Below are positions 28,922 to 39,511 of a DNA stretch of 64,000 nt, in pieces. Each line of letters opens with the position of its first letter. Position 1 is the first letter of the stretch. The translations under genes and the position numbers were made by a program. This DNA is from an uncultured virus (IMG/VR IMGVR_UViG_3300034110_000988) (Duplodnaviria > Heunggongvirae > Uroviricota > Caudoviricetes): the IMG/VR virus record IMGVR_UViG_3300034110_000988, one strand, 5' to 3'. Under the pieces are notes generated by a model. That model ran no database searches, was not told the DNA's origin, and worked only from the letters and a program-made list of their open reading frames with translations.

Positions 28922-29470
28922 ATGGACTTGGTTCAAGATTTTCAAGCGGCGTTCAAGCTGGCACAACAACAGCCTGAAAAGAGCATGACTGACTTGTTGA
29001 TTGTTCTTAAACAGCATGCTCAAGATATCAACGATTGCGAGACGTGGCGTTGGGATGTTATGCGTGCTGTTGTTGGTGATGATTTAGACTATGTGAAGCT
29101 CGTTACCACCACTCAGCTTACGATGAGCTATGAACAACAACGGAAAACGCTTGAAGAGGAACCCGCCATTCTTAATTTGACAGCAATGCTTCTCCACGCT
29201 CACTATGGAAAGTATCATCAATTGGTGGATGTAGTTAGCATTCAAAAAAGTGTGTTTGGTGACGAATTGTTCAGTAAAATCGAAGCTCAAACGATTGCTT
29301 TTTTGGATAAATTACTGACCAAAATGTTGACCAGTGAGAATGTTCATGATATGAGTGCTCTGGATTATGCCAATTATCTCTACAAGAGTTATTCGGTAGA
29401 GTATGAACAGTATTACTACTGGCCTCATATTAAAGCCATAATGGATAAAGCCATTGCTTCTATTTCCTAA
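28922..29470 (+). CDS. hypothetical protein
   Basis: AGGT RBS, promoter. Confidence 0.7.
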   Translation: MDLVQDFQAAFKLAQQQPEKSMTDLLIVLKQHAQDINDCETWRWDVMRAVVGDDLDYVKLVTTTQLTMSYEQQRKTLEEEPAILNLTAMLLHAHYGKYHQLVDVVSIQKSVFGDELFSKIEAQTIAFLDKLLTKMLTSENVHDMSALDYANYLYKSYSVEYEQYYYWPHIKAIMDKAIASIS

Positions 29471-29520
29471 TAAGCACCAGTCGTAAAAAAGGCCACTTGA
29501 AGTGGCCTTTTATTTACTGC

Positions 29521-30267
29521 TTATTTTGTTGCAAGTTGGTCATATTGGTTATTGAGTTTTCGAAACTCTTTTGCGTAAGTCATATACTTAAACATGAATT
29601 CTCTTTCACCTTTTCCAAACGACGATTTGTCTTCTAACAATACCCATATATCGTTTGAGTTGTTTTTCTTGACTGCTTTATTGACTTTTCCAACACCGCT
29701 GTAATAAGACAATACTGCTAATTCATCACTCTGGAAACGTTCCTTTGTATCACCAAGATGTCTCAATGCCGCTTCAGTGGACTTTTTCCAATCTTTACGT
29801 TCGTCAACCTTCTTGTTGACTACCAATCCCATATCGCGTCCTAATGCTGGCATTAATTGCCACATTCCGGTAGCACTGTTGACGCTTGATTTTATCTTTG
29901 GGTTGAAATCTGATTCAATCGCTGCCAATGCGTAAATCTCTTCTGGTAAGTCATGTTTTTCAGCAATACTTTCAATAAAATCTTTGTATTGAATGCCTTT
30001 GTGATAAGACTTTGAAGCTCTCGTTTTGATTGCTTTTCCATTTTCTTTTACAAATGTCTTGTATTCGGCTGAATATTGTGTATTATCTTTTTTGTAGTCT
30101 GTTTCAATTAACGCTACTTTGTTAACTGGTTTGACGACTTGTTCTTGTTTAACAACTTTTTTTGCAATCACATCCTGTTGTTGACTTTGTGGTGTATGAC
30201 TGCAAGCAGTAATTAAGACTAAACAGGTTGATAGAGTGAATACTTTAAATCGGTGTAAATGGTTCAT
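29521..30267 (-). CDS. lytic transglycosylase (SLT, MltD-like) lipoprotein
   Basis: Lipobox ITAC; AAIES.FNP, ATGMWQLMP, VDER.D...ST.AA. Confidence 0.92.
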   Translation of the reverse strand: MNHLHRFKVFTLSTCLVLITACSHTPQSQQQDVIAKKVVKQEQVVKPVNKVALIETDYKKDNTQYSAEYKTFVKENGKAIKTRASKSYHKGIQYKDFIESIAEKHDLPEEIYALAAIESDFNPKIKSSVNSATGMWQLMPALGRDMGLVVNKKVDERKDWKKSTEAALRHLGDTKERFQSDELAVLSYYSGVGKVNKAVKKNNSNDIWVLLEDKSSFGKGEREFMFKYMTYAKEFRKLNNQYDQLATK

Positions 30268-30576
30268 TATATTTTTCTCCTAAGTTATTAATTTAACAGT
30301 CCTTTTAAAAAAATCAATTTTAAAAAAAAAATCACGGCTCAATTAACGGCCAAAAATTATACATTAATCGCCATATTAAAGCAATTTTTTTTATTTTTAT
30401 TTTCGATAAAAATTTAACATTTAATTGTTTATCATCGTCTTTGAATTCATTTTTATTGATAAACTGTATACAATTTATTCTTTTTTTTGTATACATAATT
30501 TTTGTTTATTGTTACTATCGCTCTTTATCATTTAAATTGATATGGTATCATGGTCATATAAACAATATTTAATACT

Positions 30577-32049
30577 ATGACTCATCGTATGCTAATGATC
30601 CAAGATACTCTTGGAAACAGAACAAACTTTTCAACTATTAAAGATAATGAATGTGAAATTTATATCAAAACCCAACAAAAACTCAGTGAACGCATAGACA
30701 CTCTTTTCGATAACATATCGGCGGCTGAAAGTTTTGTATTGATTGAAACTCCTGTACATTTAAAACAGAATACCAGTGCTCAATTGTTGTCTACACTGTC
30801 TACTGGGTTGTCTAATCTTGCAAATCGTCAGGGTGATTTTCTTCATGTTGGATCTGACTTTGTTGATTTAAACATTCTTAAAGCAGGTTATCAAAAGTTT
30901 GGTGCTAATGCTATTTTAACCAATGAAGCCACAACTTTATTAACGAAATACAACTTACAAATTGAACAACTTGATTCATTTGATACTGACGAATTATTTG
31001 AAAATCTAAAAAACACGCAAAGAAATGTTTCTGTAAATTATCTTACAGAAAAGACAAACACATTTATTTTGCATTCAATTCCACATTTTCGACCAGAAGC
31101 TAATAGTCCATTAGCAGGTAACATTACGAATCAGCAAAAGATTGAGATATTGAGAAGTAGTAATCCTGAACTTTGTGCATCATCTTTTCAAAATGGTACG
31201 AAACATTTGTCTAATGATTTTGGACACACTAAAATAGGTGTTATTCTTTCTGATGGTATTGTTAAACACGCATCAAAAACTGACTTTGGCTCAACGGTTG
31301 ATAGTCATGGCATGCGTTCTAATAGTCACTCTTTTGAAAATCAACAAGATGTTATTGAAGATGTTATTAAAAGCAGAACTAATGATACAGGTTACAATGA
31401 AATCATTGTGGCTAAACCAGACATTGCTGGTGTGTATATTAATTTGGACTGTTTACCAAAAAATGGTGATAGTGAGATGTTCTTGAATAAAGAGTTTGAA
31501 CCATTATCATTGGTAGAAGTATTCAAAAACCTTCATCACATGGCAAAGAACAGGGAAAAAGATTTACCGATTTTAACTATTCATAATGGTGAAATCCGTG
31601 AAACTCGACTTAGTAAATCATTCCTTTCTGAGTATCTTCCAGAAAATCCAAAATTTCAATCTTGTTATGATATCGAAGAATATGGAACATCAGCCGAACG
31701 TCATGACTATGATAAGAAAAAAGAAAAATGGAAGTTATTGAGCAATGATGAAATTCTTCAAAAGGCTTTCATTCGCAGTGAACCTCTCTCTTATAGCGAT
31801 CTTCGTCAAATGGGTATTGATAACCGTTTAAGTGATACCCATAAGCTTGAGTTGTTGGAAAAGAACGCACCTATCATGAAAGGTGGACTGGCCCAACATA
31901 AAATTCAAGAATTAAAAACCATTATCGGTGATAAAAATGTTGCTTCGGTTGATTTAAATATGGATTTATCTGTTTTTCATGGTGTTGTTACTAAAAAACT
32001 GAAACACAATGAAACTGAACCCGTGCATAAAATAAAAGCTTCGATATAA
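30577..32049 (+). CDS. hypothetical protein, possible ADP-ribosyltransferase-like domain, basic C-tail
   Basis: FILHS...LCASS...IGVILS.G...YNEIIV pattern. Confidence 0.55.
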   Translation: MTHRMLMIQDTLGNRTNFSTIKDNECEIYIKTQQKLSERIDTLFDNISAAESFVLIETPVHLKQNTSAQLLSTLSTGLSNLANRQGDFLHVGSDFVDLNILKAGYQKFGANAILTNEATTLLTKYNLQIEQLDSFDTDELFENLKNTQRNVSVNYLTEKTNTFILHSIPHFRPEANSPLAGNITNQQKIEILRSSNPELCASSFQNGTKHLSNDFGHTKIGVILSDGIVKHASKTDFGSTVDSHGMRSNSHSFENQQDVIEDVIKSRTNDTGYNEIIVAKPDIAGVYINLDCLPKNGDSEMFLNKEFEPLSLVEVFKNLHHMAKNREKDLPILTIHNGEIRETRLSKSFLSEYLPENPKFQSCYDIEEYGTSAERHDYDKKKEKWKLLSNDEILQKAFIRSEPLSYSDLRQMGIDNRLSDTHKLELLEKNAPIMKGGLAQHKIQELKTIIGDKNVASVDLNMDLSVFHGVVTKKLKHNETEPVHKIKASI

Positions 32050-32152
32050 CGTAATTTATAACAAAAAAGGACTTGGTTCCTTTTTTTTTGTTGGTTTTCT
32101 CTCATTTTTGATGTATAATACCTTATCAAAACAAACCTATTGAGGTTCTTAC

Positions 32153-32521
32153 ATGATTCAGTCTTTTGATGAAATCCCCGCTAATGTACAGGTCTTTTTG
32201 GAGCGTTATTTCTCCGAAAAAACAAAATCTGCTATGCAAGAAAGCTTTGTTTATATGCTTCGCATGTTTTGGCAATCCCGTTATGACAAAATGAATGCTG
32301 ACCACAAAGAATGCTTTGATTGGATTAGTCTTCATTGCTTGCCACAACATGTCGTCTACGGTGGTCTGCAATTTCAAACTAATCTCATTTCGAGTGATTT
32401 CGATCACACTCAACTGGCTACTGATGTGTTTAAGTTGCTTTATGACTTGAAATTTCCAGTCGTTGTTAAACCAAAGAAAACATTCATTGAATTGGTTCTT
32501 GGTTTCTTCAGTAAAAACTAA
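32153..32521 (+). CDS. hypothetical protein
   Basis: GAGG RBS. Confidence 0.7.
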   Translation: MIQSFDEIPANVQVFLERYFSEKTKSAMQESFVYMLRMFWQSRYDKMNADHKECFDWISLHCLPQHVVYGGLQFQTNLISSDFDHTQLATDVFKLLYDLKFPVVVKPKKTFIELVLGFFSKN

Positions 32522-32547
32522 AATATTCATTAATTTTGAGGTGTATT

Positions 32548-33081
32548 ATGACGGTAGATTTGAAAGCACTCGTTAAGCAAACTGTTGTTGTCAACGCCGA
32601 TAACACTGGTGTAGTTGTGGCTTTGAAAAAGGCTAATGATGGTGAATGGGAACTGGCTCGTAAGTCAGAATACAAACGCGATGTTTTCATCATTCCAGAA
32701 TCCGATGTATTTCTTGAAGTCTGTTTCTCACGTTCAGGCACCTATCACAGCGGTTATATCTATGCCAAACCCACCTTCAGCTTGGTTGAGAAAACTTCAC
32801 AACAAGTGATTTCTTATCCAGCCGTGGCCGCTTTGAAAACTCAGGCTGATGCATTAAAAGCAGTTCACTTCGACAAGAACGATGATACAACACTGGTCCC
32901 TTTCTATGAATCTGGTTGGGTTTCTGGTCACAAGGCTAATTCGTATGAAAGCGTTTATGATGTCGGCGGGGTATTGTTCAAACAAACACTGTATGGTAAT
33001 TCGGAATGGACGGATTTCGTAGAATATGATATCGTTGACAAACATGAAGAGACGGTTGTTAGTTACAAAAAAATTAAATAA
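32548..33081 (+). CDS. hypothetical protein
   Basis: GAGG RBS. Confidence 0.7.
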   Translation: MTVDLKALVKQTVVVNADNTGVVVALKKANDGEWELARKSEYKRDVFIIPESDVFLEVCFSRSGTYHSGYIYAKPTFSLVEKTSQQVISYPAVAALKTQADALKAVHFDKNDDTTLVPFYESGWVSGHKANSYESVYDVGGVLFKQTLYGNSEWTDFVEYDIVDKHEETVVSYKKIK

Positions 33082-33097
33082 TTGTTGAGGTTCGATC

Positions 33098-33439
33098 ATG
33101 AGTGAACAATTAAGTGTTTTTCAGCAGGCTTCCAAACTGGTTGTCTTGTTGCAACAGGTTGAACGTTACAAGGCTTATATTAATAAGCAAACGGATATTA
33201 CTAACTCTTTGACAGCAACCGATATCATTAAAGATGGCACTTTGAGCGTTTTTGGTGCTGAAATCTTTCAATTCTGGTTGGCTTCCCGACGCATTCGCAA
33301 TACTGAAAAATCGGCTTTCTTAGATTATGCGGCGAGTGTTGGTATTCCAGTCAGAGATCGTGACCGTGGGCCAGAAGGTTTGTCATGGTTTGGACGTTCT
33401 GTTTATGATCTTTGGCTTGAAGCTGTTAAAGACGAATAG
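33098..33439 (+). CDS. hypothetical protein
   Basis: GAGG RBS. Confidence 0.7.
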   Translation: MSEQLSVFQQASKLVVLLQQVERYKAYINKQTDITNSLTATDIIKDGTLSVFGAEIFQFWLASRRIRNTEKSAFLDYAASVGIPVRDRDRGPEGLSWFGRSVYDLWLEAVKDE

Positions 33440-33509
33440 AAAATAGTTTCTTAATGCATGGGCATGTGGTATAATTACCATCTACTTTAATGGTTCTTGA
33501 GGATTACAC

Positions 33510-33956
33510 ATGTCTACTCAACAGAATGAGCAAAATTCGCTTAAAAACGGTAAGCTGGAAGAAGTTTTTCGCACCGAAGTTGATTTTTATGACCGTTTGG
33601 GAAATCATGCCATCTTGACCAAAGTTGTTTACCGTGACAAAAAAGGTAAATTCAGCGAGCAAGTTGTGCAAGTGAAATGGGTGAGTTTTATTGACATCAA
33701 GAAACTGACCTATATCACTAGCGTCTCTGTTGCTGTTAACAAATGCAGTAATGGTGTTTTCTTCTTGACAGCAGTTAAAAATAATCGCGGTGAGGTATCC
33801 TACCCTTTTGAATCGGAATCGTTAGAACAGGTCTTGTTTGACGCTTATGAGGTCGCTGCATTCTATAACCAAAAACCAGTTCCTTTCACGAATGACCAGT
33901 GGATTGGCAAAGAAGAAATCAAAGCTGCTTATGCTGCTGTTGAACGATTGTTGTAA
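33510..33956 (+). CDS. hypothetical protein
   Basis: GAGG RBS, terminator. Confidence 0.7.
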   Translation: MSTQQNEQNSLKNGKLEEVFRTEVDFYDRLGNHAILTKVVYRDKKGKFSEQVVQVKWVSFIDIKKLTYITSVSVAVNKCSNGVFFLTAVKNNRGEVSYPFESESLEQVLFDAYEVAAFYNQKPVPFTNDQWIGKEEIKAAYAAVERLL

Positions 33957-34087
33957 TACTCTACTCAACTAAGAACCTACTTCGGTAGGTTTTTTATTGC
34001 TTTTAATTTTTCAATTAGACCAATGGCAATTTCATTTTTCTTATTTTCATGATATTATAAAGTTCAATTTTTTATAGGAGAAATGTC

Positions 34088-34273
34088 ATGAGAAAAGATG
34101 TACATTATGAATACGATATCGTTGGCGGTCTTGATCAAACTGTTGTTTTGGACGAAGCTCCCACCCGTGAAAAAGCCCGACAAATCAAGCGAGATTTGGA
34201 CAGCGAAAAACCACAAGAGACTCATCGAATTGTTCAGCGTCGTTACACCGTAGTCACCAAACACATTCGCTAA
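34088..34273 (+). CDS. small hypothetical protein
   Basis: AGGAG RBS. Confidence 0.65.
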   Translation: MRKDVHYEYDIVGGLDQTVVLDEAPTREKARQIKRDLDSEKPQETHRIVQRRYTVVTKHIR

Positions 34274-34365
34274 TTCATGAGTCGTCTAATTTAAAATCCC
34301 CTTGTCACCCATCGGGATTTTTGTTATAATTGCGGTATGCAATTTAATCAATTTGGAGAAAAAGA

Positions 34366-34827
34366 ATGTCTAAAATCACTTTTTATGTTGGCATGAATAT
34401 TCAAAACCTCGAATTTCAATGTGGTGGTGGCCCACAGGGTTTTGAAGGCTCCGAACATATTGAAGATGGCGTAGTCCATTACTGGGTTCATTCTACTCAT
34501 CGTCATTTGATTGAGAAAGGGCTTCATCCACAAAAAATTGCAGAAAAAGTTTTGAGTGACATTCGCTATTGTGCTGGCAACTGGGATCTTAATATTTCTA
34601 CCCATTCTGATGTGCCTATTAACTTGGTTGGACATCTCATTCATTTGGGTGATATTAAGGCAGAAGATGTTCGTGTGATTGTCATGTCCGATGACAATAA
34701 AACTGTCAAGATGATTTCAACCTTTGACCCGAAAGGTTTCCTCGTTGAATGGCCGTATGGTTTTTTTGATTTTGACCTCAAAGCTGCTGCACGCAGCATT
34801 GACTTTCCTTTGACCGTGGAGGCATAA
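34366..34827 (+). CDS. C-terminal half of an ABC-type ATPase (DUF3696-like), no Walker A
   Basis: E.GLHP (D-loop), ISTHSD (H-loop), G.I..EDV, D..G.L..WP.GFFD tail. Confidence 0.7.
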   Translation: MSKITFYVGMNIQNLEFQCGGGPQGFEGSEHIEDGVVHYWVHSTHRHLIEKGLHPQKIAEKVLSDIRYCAGNWDLNISTHSDVPINLVGHLIHLGDIKAEDVRVIVMSDDNKTVKMISTFDPKGFLVEWPYGFFDFDLKAAARSIDFPLTVEA

Positions 34828-34828
34828 A

Positions 34829-35161
34829 TTGAAAAGTGATTCCGAAAGAAAGGCTTTGTTTGCTTGTAAGCTTCCAGATGGTTCAGAACGCAAAGAAATT
34901 GAAGATACAGGTGTTTTTGTGTCTGGCTTGCATTACTACCATCATGCCGTTGCCCAGCAGCCTAATGGGCAATGGGAAGCATTTGACGAAACGCCAGTGC
35001 TTACCGCTTCTGGTTGGGTTAGTTATGGCGATAGGCCCGATGTTTTGAAAGTTGAAGGTGCTTTTTCGTTGTCTTGGGAAAAATCACTTTGCATTCATGA
35101 ACGTTATGAAGTCAAATTGAAGCGTGTTCGTAAAACCATAAAAGTGAGTGGTATGAGTTAA
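34829..35161 (+). CDS. hypothetical phage-type protein
   Basis: AVAQ..NG.W.AF...P.....W, W.KSL motif. Confidence 0.7.
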   Translation: MKSDSERKALFACKLPDGSERKEIEDTGVFVSGLHYYHHAVAQQPNGQWEAFDETPVLTASGWVSYGDRPDVLKVEGAFSLSWEKSLCIHERYEVKLKRVRKTIKVSGMS

Positions 35162-35293
35162 AAAGGAGGCTTCTATGTGGGATGACTACGAAGGTTTTTA
35201 AAACTGTCGGTTGAAAAGGTCGCTTCGGTGGTCTTTTTTTATGGATTTATTTTTGAATTTTTGTTATAATCATTTCACTTTCTTATTGAGCAC

Positions 35294-35731
35294 TTGTCTA
35301 TGAGCAAAGAAATTTTTACTCGCTATACCATAAAGCTCAATGAAGAGCATAAATCTTATTCAAGTTTGTTGAACGATATTGAAGTTTATCTTCAAGATTG
35401 TCTGCAGATCGAAGAATCATCAGAAATTTTTGGTGAGAACTACAACGCTTCTAGTTGTTTTTTTCATGGTGAACTCTTTATTTCGTTTCAATCATTTGGT
35501 AGTCAATCACCTATTACGCTGTCAAATACAGTGCTTGAAAAAATAAAAGAAAATATCAATTCTCAACCATTATCTTGCTATTATTTTTATGAAGAACTCG
35601 ATGTAACTGGTTGTTGGCATGTGTTTGACGCTTTTGGAAAGGCTCGACCTATTTTTGAAAAACACGTTGAATATTCTCGGGTAGCTGGTGAAGATACTGT
35701 TAAGAAATTTCGTGAAGAATTGTACGCCTAA
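35294..35731 (+). CDS. hypothetical protein
   Basis: ORF after promoter. Confidence 0.65.
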   Translation: MSMSKEIFTRYTIKLNEEHKSYSSLLNDIEVYLQDCLQIEESSEIFGENYNASSCFFHGELFISFQSFGSQSPITLSNTVLEKIKENINSQPLSCYYFYEELDVTGCWHVFDAFGKARPIFEKHVEYSRVAGEDTVKKFREELYA

Positions 35732-35751
35732 TCAATTAATTGGAGTAATCT

Positions 35752-36015
35752 ATGGAACTCATTAGCACCGAAGTGATGGAAGCCAAATGCAATCATTGTG
35801 GGAGCGTTCATCGCACTCAAAATATGAAAGACTTTAAAGAATCCAATACCTATCCACCACATGCTGTCTTTATGTGTTTGGACTGCAAACAACCCGCACG
35901 TCTTGAAGCTGATCAGATGCCCAAACGTTTGTTTAGCTATCTTGTGGCAAAGATTACTCGGGAACGCTACGGTGATCTTGACCAACAAATGTTCAATCGC
36001 ATGAATGACATTTAA
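35752..36015 (+). CDS. zinc-ribbon protein
   Basis: CNHC and CLDC; GGAG RBS. Confidence 0.7.
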   Translation: MELISTEVMEAKCNHCGSVHRTQNMKDFKESNTYPPHAVFMCLDCKQPARLEADQMPKRLFSYLVAKITRERYGDLDQQMFNRMNDI

Positions 36016-36094
36016 ACCTTTTCAGTTTAATCCCGCAGCATGTGGGATTTTGTTGTTTATTCATTTTATTTCTGTTATACTCGTTTAAATTTTA

Positions 36095-36934
36095 TTGGAG
36101 TTCACTATGGACAAGCAAGCATTCACTGTTGATTTTATTAAAAGCTATCGGGAGCTTCTGTTGACTTGTTCTCATGATCAAATCAAGGTTTTTAATAACA
36201 GGCTCAAAAAATACGCTTATTTTATTGTCTATCCTTTTACCGGATCAGACGAGAATCCAGAAAAAACTTCTTTGCTGGTTGGTTTTGCTGATACTTTTGT
36301 TATTCATCAGAAAGACGATCAACCTAATATGCCAGCAGCCATGCAACAGATTGTGGCAGGTCAAGGTTACTTGACGGTTGGTAGCGGCCTTGATATTACC
36401 GAAACTGTTGGTATTCCAACGAGTGAAATTGAACCGCTTCCAGTGCGTAAAGTTGAATGGAAAGAGCTTATCAATGCTCCTAAGCTGAATGACGCTGATT
36501 TCAGCCTTCTTCAAGACTCGTTCCTTGAATACTTCAACCTTGATGAATACGCTTATCAAGCAGGCACTAATGAAAGTTTCCGTTTCCGTGATTACTTTGA
36601 TGAAGAATCCAATAAACCAGAAGGGCTTGAGCTTCGTGAAGTGTGGCATGATACTTGTGATGATGACAAACATGGTAATGTCCAGACGTTGGTGTTTTGG
36701 AAAGATGAATTTATCGGGTGGATTAGTTGTTCTGGTCGTTACTTGACCAGTTCGGCAGCTTCTACTGTTAATTTGCCAAAATGGACAGAACTGATGGATA
36801 CCCTTTACGCTAACTCTGGGTTTAATCCGGGGCGTAATGTTAATGGCGTTTCTGTCTATGACATGACCCAAGACGATGTTGATGATGTAGCCTATGTGCC
36901 GGGTGTCAGCACTGTCAATCATGACTACGACTAA
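36095..36934 (+). CDS. hypothetical protein
   Basis: ORF (likely ATG at 36107), terminator. Confidence 0.75.
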   Translation: MEFTMDKQAFTVDFIKSYRELLLTCSHDQIKVFNNRLKKYAYFIVYPFTGSDENPEKTSLLVGFADTFVIHQKDDQPNMPAAMQQIVAGQGYLTVGSGLDITETVGIPTSEIEPLPVRKVEWKELINAPKLNDADFSLLQDSFLEYFNLDEYAYQAGTNESFRFRDYFDEESNKPEGLELREVWHDTCDDDKHGNVQTLVFWKDEFIGWISCSGRYLTSSAASTVNLPKWTELMDTLYANSGFNPGRNVNGVSVYDMTQDDVDDVAYVPGVSTVNHDYD

Positions 36935-37023
36935 CCAGCATCCAGTTACAGCCCGCTTCGGCGGGTTTTTTATTGAGTTTTTAAAAGTAATCTGCTATAA
37001 TTATTTTAACTTAGGAGATCTTT

Positions 37024-37554
37024 ATGTTCAACATGTTAAGTGAATTCAAACGAAACCATGATCTTAGAGCAGAATTAAAAGTTGTCTGCAACAGTATTGA
37101 TTTTTCTGATAGCCATAGTCATCTGCCTAGTCTTGAATTTAAATATACACTGCATGATAATTTACTCACTATTGAAGGCCCATTTCAAAGTTTTCATTCG
37201 GTTGATCCCTATGTGTTAACCTATCTCTCGACCACTGGTTTTGTGACTTTTAACGGTGCGATAATGGATTCGAGTTCCTTTAAACACCTTCATAAAACAG
37301 TTAAGGAAGTTTACCGAAAGCTGATTAAACGAGAAAAATTTATGAAGGATATTCAGACGGCTCGAAATACAATCGGCCCGATTGTTGGTCGTTCAGGTGG
37401 TAGCATTGGTGGTTCTTCCGACTATGAGCGTTCTCGTTCAAATCATTATGATCGCCCACGTTCCTATGATGTAAATACTGACATTGTTTATGGTTCATCC
37501 GATAGTTGTTCATCTAGTTCTTCGGGACGTGATCGAGATCGTTGCGACGACTAA
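37024..37554 (+). CDS. hypothetical protein with Ser/Asp-rich tail
   Basis: AGGAG RBS. Confidence 0.7.
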   Translation: MFNMLSEFKRNHDLRAELKVVCNSIDFSDSHSHLPSLEFKYTLHDNLLTIEGPFQSFHSVDPYVLTYLSTTGFVTFNGAIMDSSSFKHLHKTVKEVYRKLIKREKFMKDIQTARNTIGPIVGRSGGSIGGSSDYERSRSNHYDRPRSYDVNTDIVYGSSDSCSSSSSGRDRDRCDD

Positions 37555-37596
37555 TTAGTTTTGATACACAAAAAAAGAGCCTGATGGCTCTTTTTC

Positions 37597-38142
37597 TTAT
37601 TCTGCATCATCACCTTCGGATCTTTCTAGATCATCATGATATTTTTTGAAGTCATCTATATTGGGTAAGTTGTCCAAATCATAGCGGTTCAATAACGCTA
37701 CGGCTCTATATCCAGCGTTATTTTCTGGGATGTATTGTGTAAACTCTTTCGCTTCTTTTGACTCATCTTTATTCTTGCCTTTGTAGACTTTGAATGAATG
37801 GTCATCTAAATCAACCACATAGACCCAGTTGCAAGAAGATTCGCCAGCGTATTCAATGCTTGGATACAGTTTGATGTCTTTTTCGATCTCATTAACTACT
37901 TTTAACACAGTATGAGCGGGCAGGACAAAAGTTGCTTCCGTATTAATCACTTCTTCATCGTCAGCAGGAATAAAATGCACGAAATTTAGTTGTTTTTTAA
38001 ATCTTTCCAAGTCTGACAAGATATCTTTTAAATGAGTTAAACATCCAACACCAGCACCTTGTGGTTGACCACCCATGCTGCCAAATTGTGAGACTTTGTA
38101 TTCTTGATTAAATTTCACACACACTAAATGTCTTGTTCCCAT
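37597..38142 (-). CDS. hypothetical protein, MGTR-start phage-type family
   Basis: MGTR...V.Q....G.P...G; W.YVVDLD...F.VY. Confidence 0.7.
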   Translation of the reverse strand: MGTRHLVCVKFNQEYKVSQFGSMGGQPQGAGVGCLTHLKDILSDLERFKKQLNFVHFIPADDEEVINTEATFVLPAHTVLKVVNEIEKDIKLYPSIEYAGESSCNWVYVVDLDDHSFKVYKGKNKDESKEAKEFTQYIPENNAGYRAVALLNRYDLDNLPNIDDFKKYHDDLERSEGDDAE

Positions 38143-38286
38143 AATGCACCTCAATAGTCTTTTGTTATTTTACATCATTATCGAAAATAAATCAATTATA
38201 ATAGGATTTTATTATTTGACAATTTTATTATTCAATATAAGATTTATTATCAATTATTCGTAACAAACCAACTATTAGGACAAGAT

Positions 38287-38697
38287 ATGAATCATTTTAA
38301 AAATACATCCAACAGCAAGATGCCATTAATAACAACACTAGTGGCGATATTAACGATTACTCTATTAACAGTTTTTTTGATCTATTATGGCCCGCCCGGA
38401 AAATATAAAGAAATCAATAATTACACATCTGACAACAATACGTTGACATATACCATTGATGGCGAATATCAGAACAGCACTTACAAATTAGAACTACCAG
38501 CACCTGCAAACTTCAAAAAGGAAGATACTTTAAAGTTTGCTGTTGTTCAACCTATATTTTCAGACCGAACGGTTATTGAACTCTGGGTTAATGGAACACA
38601 GATGTATGGGAAAGGTGACAATTTAGCATTGGATTTAACCATTAACAATAAAGAAGGCTATGCACCAACTGAATATCACTACAAAAGTAAGTGGTAA
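38287..38697 (+). CDS. membrane-anchored hypothetical protein
   Basis: N-terminal TM segment. Confidence 0.7.
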   Translation: MNHFKNTSNSKMPLITTLVAILTITLLTVFLIYYGPPGKYKEINNYTSDNNTLTYTIDGEYQNSTYKLELPAPANFKKEDTLKFAVVQPIFSDRTVIELWVNGTQMYGKGDNLALDLTINNKEGYAPTEYHYKSKW

Positions 38698-38813
38698 TTC
38701 AATAGGATCTCATTTTTAGCTTTCTATTTTTATTGTTTTTTGATATAATGCCCTCAACATACAGGATGACATAGGTTATCCTTTTTTCTTCCAATATTTG
38801 TGAGGTTTGTGCT

Positions 38814-39131
38814 ATGTCTACCATTACTCTGCGTGCTTATATGGCTCTGCTTGAATCGGTTAACGACCGTAACAAAGTGATTGAACATGCAATGGGCAAT
38901 TTGCATTCTTTTCGTGGTCATCCACAACATCTAGCTCTTAGTGCGGTTTCTTCTCGAACTGTTCAAGACATGCTGGATGAAGCTCGTAAAGCAGTAGGAC
39001 AGGAATTTACTGGATACAAAGATGGTGAACATGTAATGGATCTGCACACTGAAATTCATTTTGCGTTCTATGGTTCTATGGACGAACATCCAGAATGGTT
39101 CCCAAATTTTGTAGACGCTCTGTTTGCATAG
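38814..39131 (+). CDS. hypothetical protein
   Basis: GAGG RBS. Confidence 0.7.
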   Translation: MSTITLRAYMALLESVNDRNKVIEHAMGNLHSFRGHPQHLALSAVSSRTVQDMLDEARKAVGQEFTGYKDGEHVMDLHTEIHFAFYGSMDEHPEWFPNFVDALFA

Positions 39132-39260
39132 CTGTCCAACACTCTTGTTACAAATCAAATCCTCTTATGGAGCTTTTTTTATTGCTGTTTTCTGTCCAGT
39201 TTGATACAATATTCAGCCTTCAAGATTATTTTAAAAACACATTACGATTTGGAGAAAAAT

Positions 39261-39398
39261 ATGAAAACTAAACGCAAAGAAAATAAAATGGTTTATGGCA
39301 AAGCTGCAGTAGGCACCTCGAAAGTGGTTAACTCTACTGGTCATAGTCTGGTCATCGAAAATCTTGGTGCCCATTTTGCGAAAATGCTCAAAAAATAA
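39261..39398 (+). CDS. small basic protein
   Basis: GGAG RBS, terminator downstream. Confidence 0.55.
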   Translation: MKTKRKENKMVYGKAAVGTSKVVNSTGHSLVIENLGAHFAKMLKK

Positions 39399-39511
39399 GG
39401 TAATAGTTTTGCCTTTAGAAGCCTCTTCGGAGGCTTTTTTATAGGTTGTCATTTCAAGTTTTTTTTGTTATAATTATAGTCTAAATTTATGACTTTTTAA
39501 GGAGTTTTATT

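Noticed and set aside
30270..30570. Long AT-rich intergenic region as a replication origin
   Set aside because: No iterons or DnaA-box cluster; explained by divergent promoters
36245..36922. Long antisense ORFs (also 42203..42784, 19421..19933)
   Set aside because: Opposite better-supported + strand genes that have RBS, promoter and terminator
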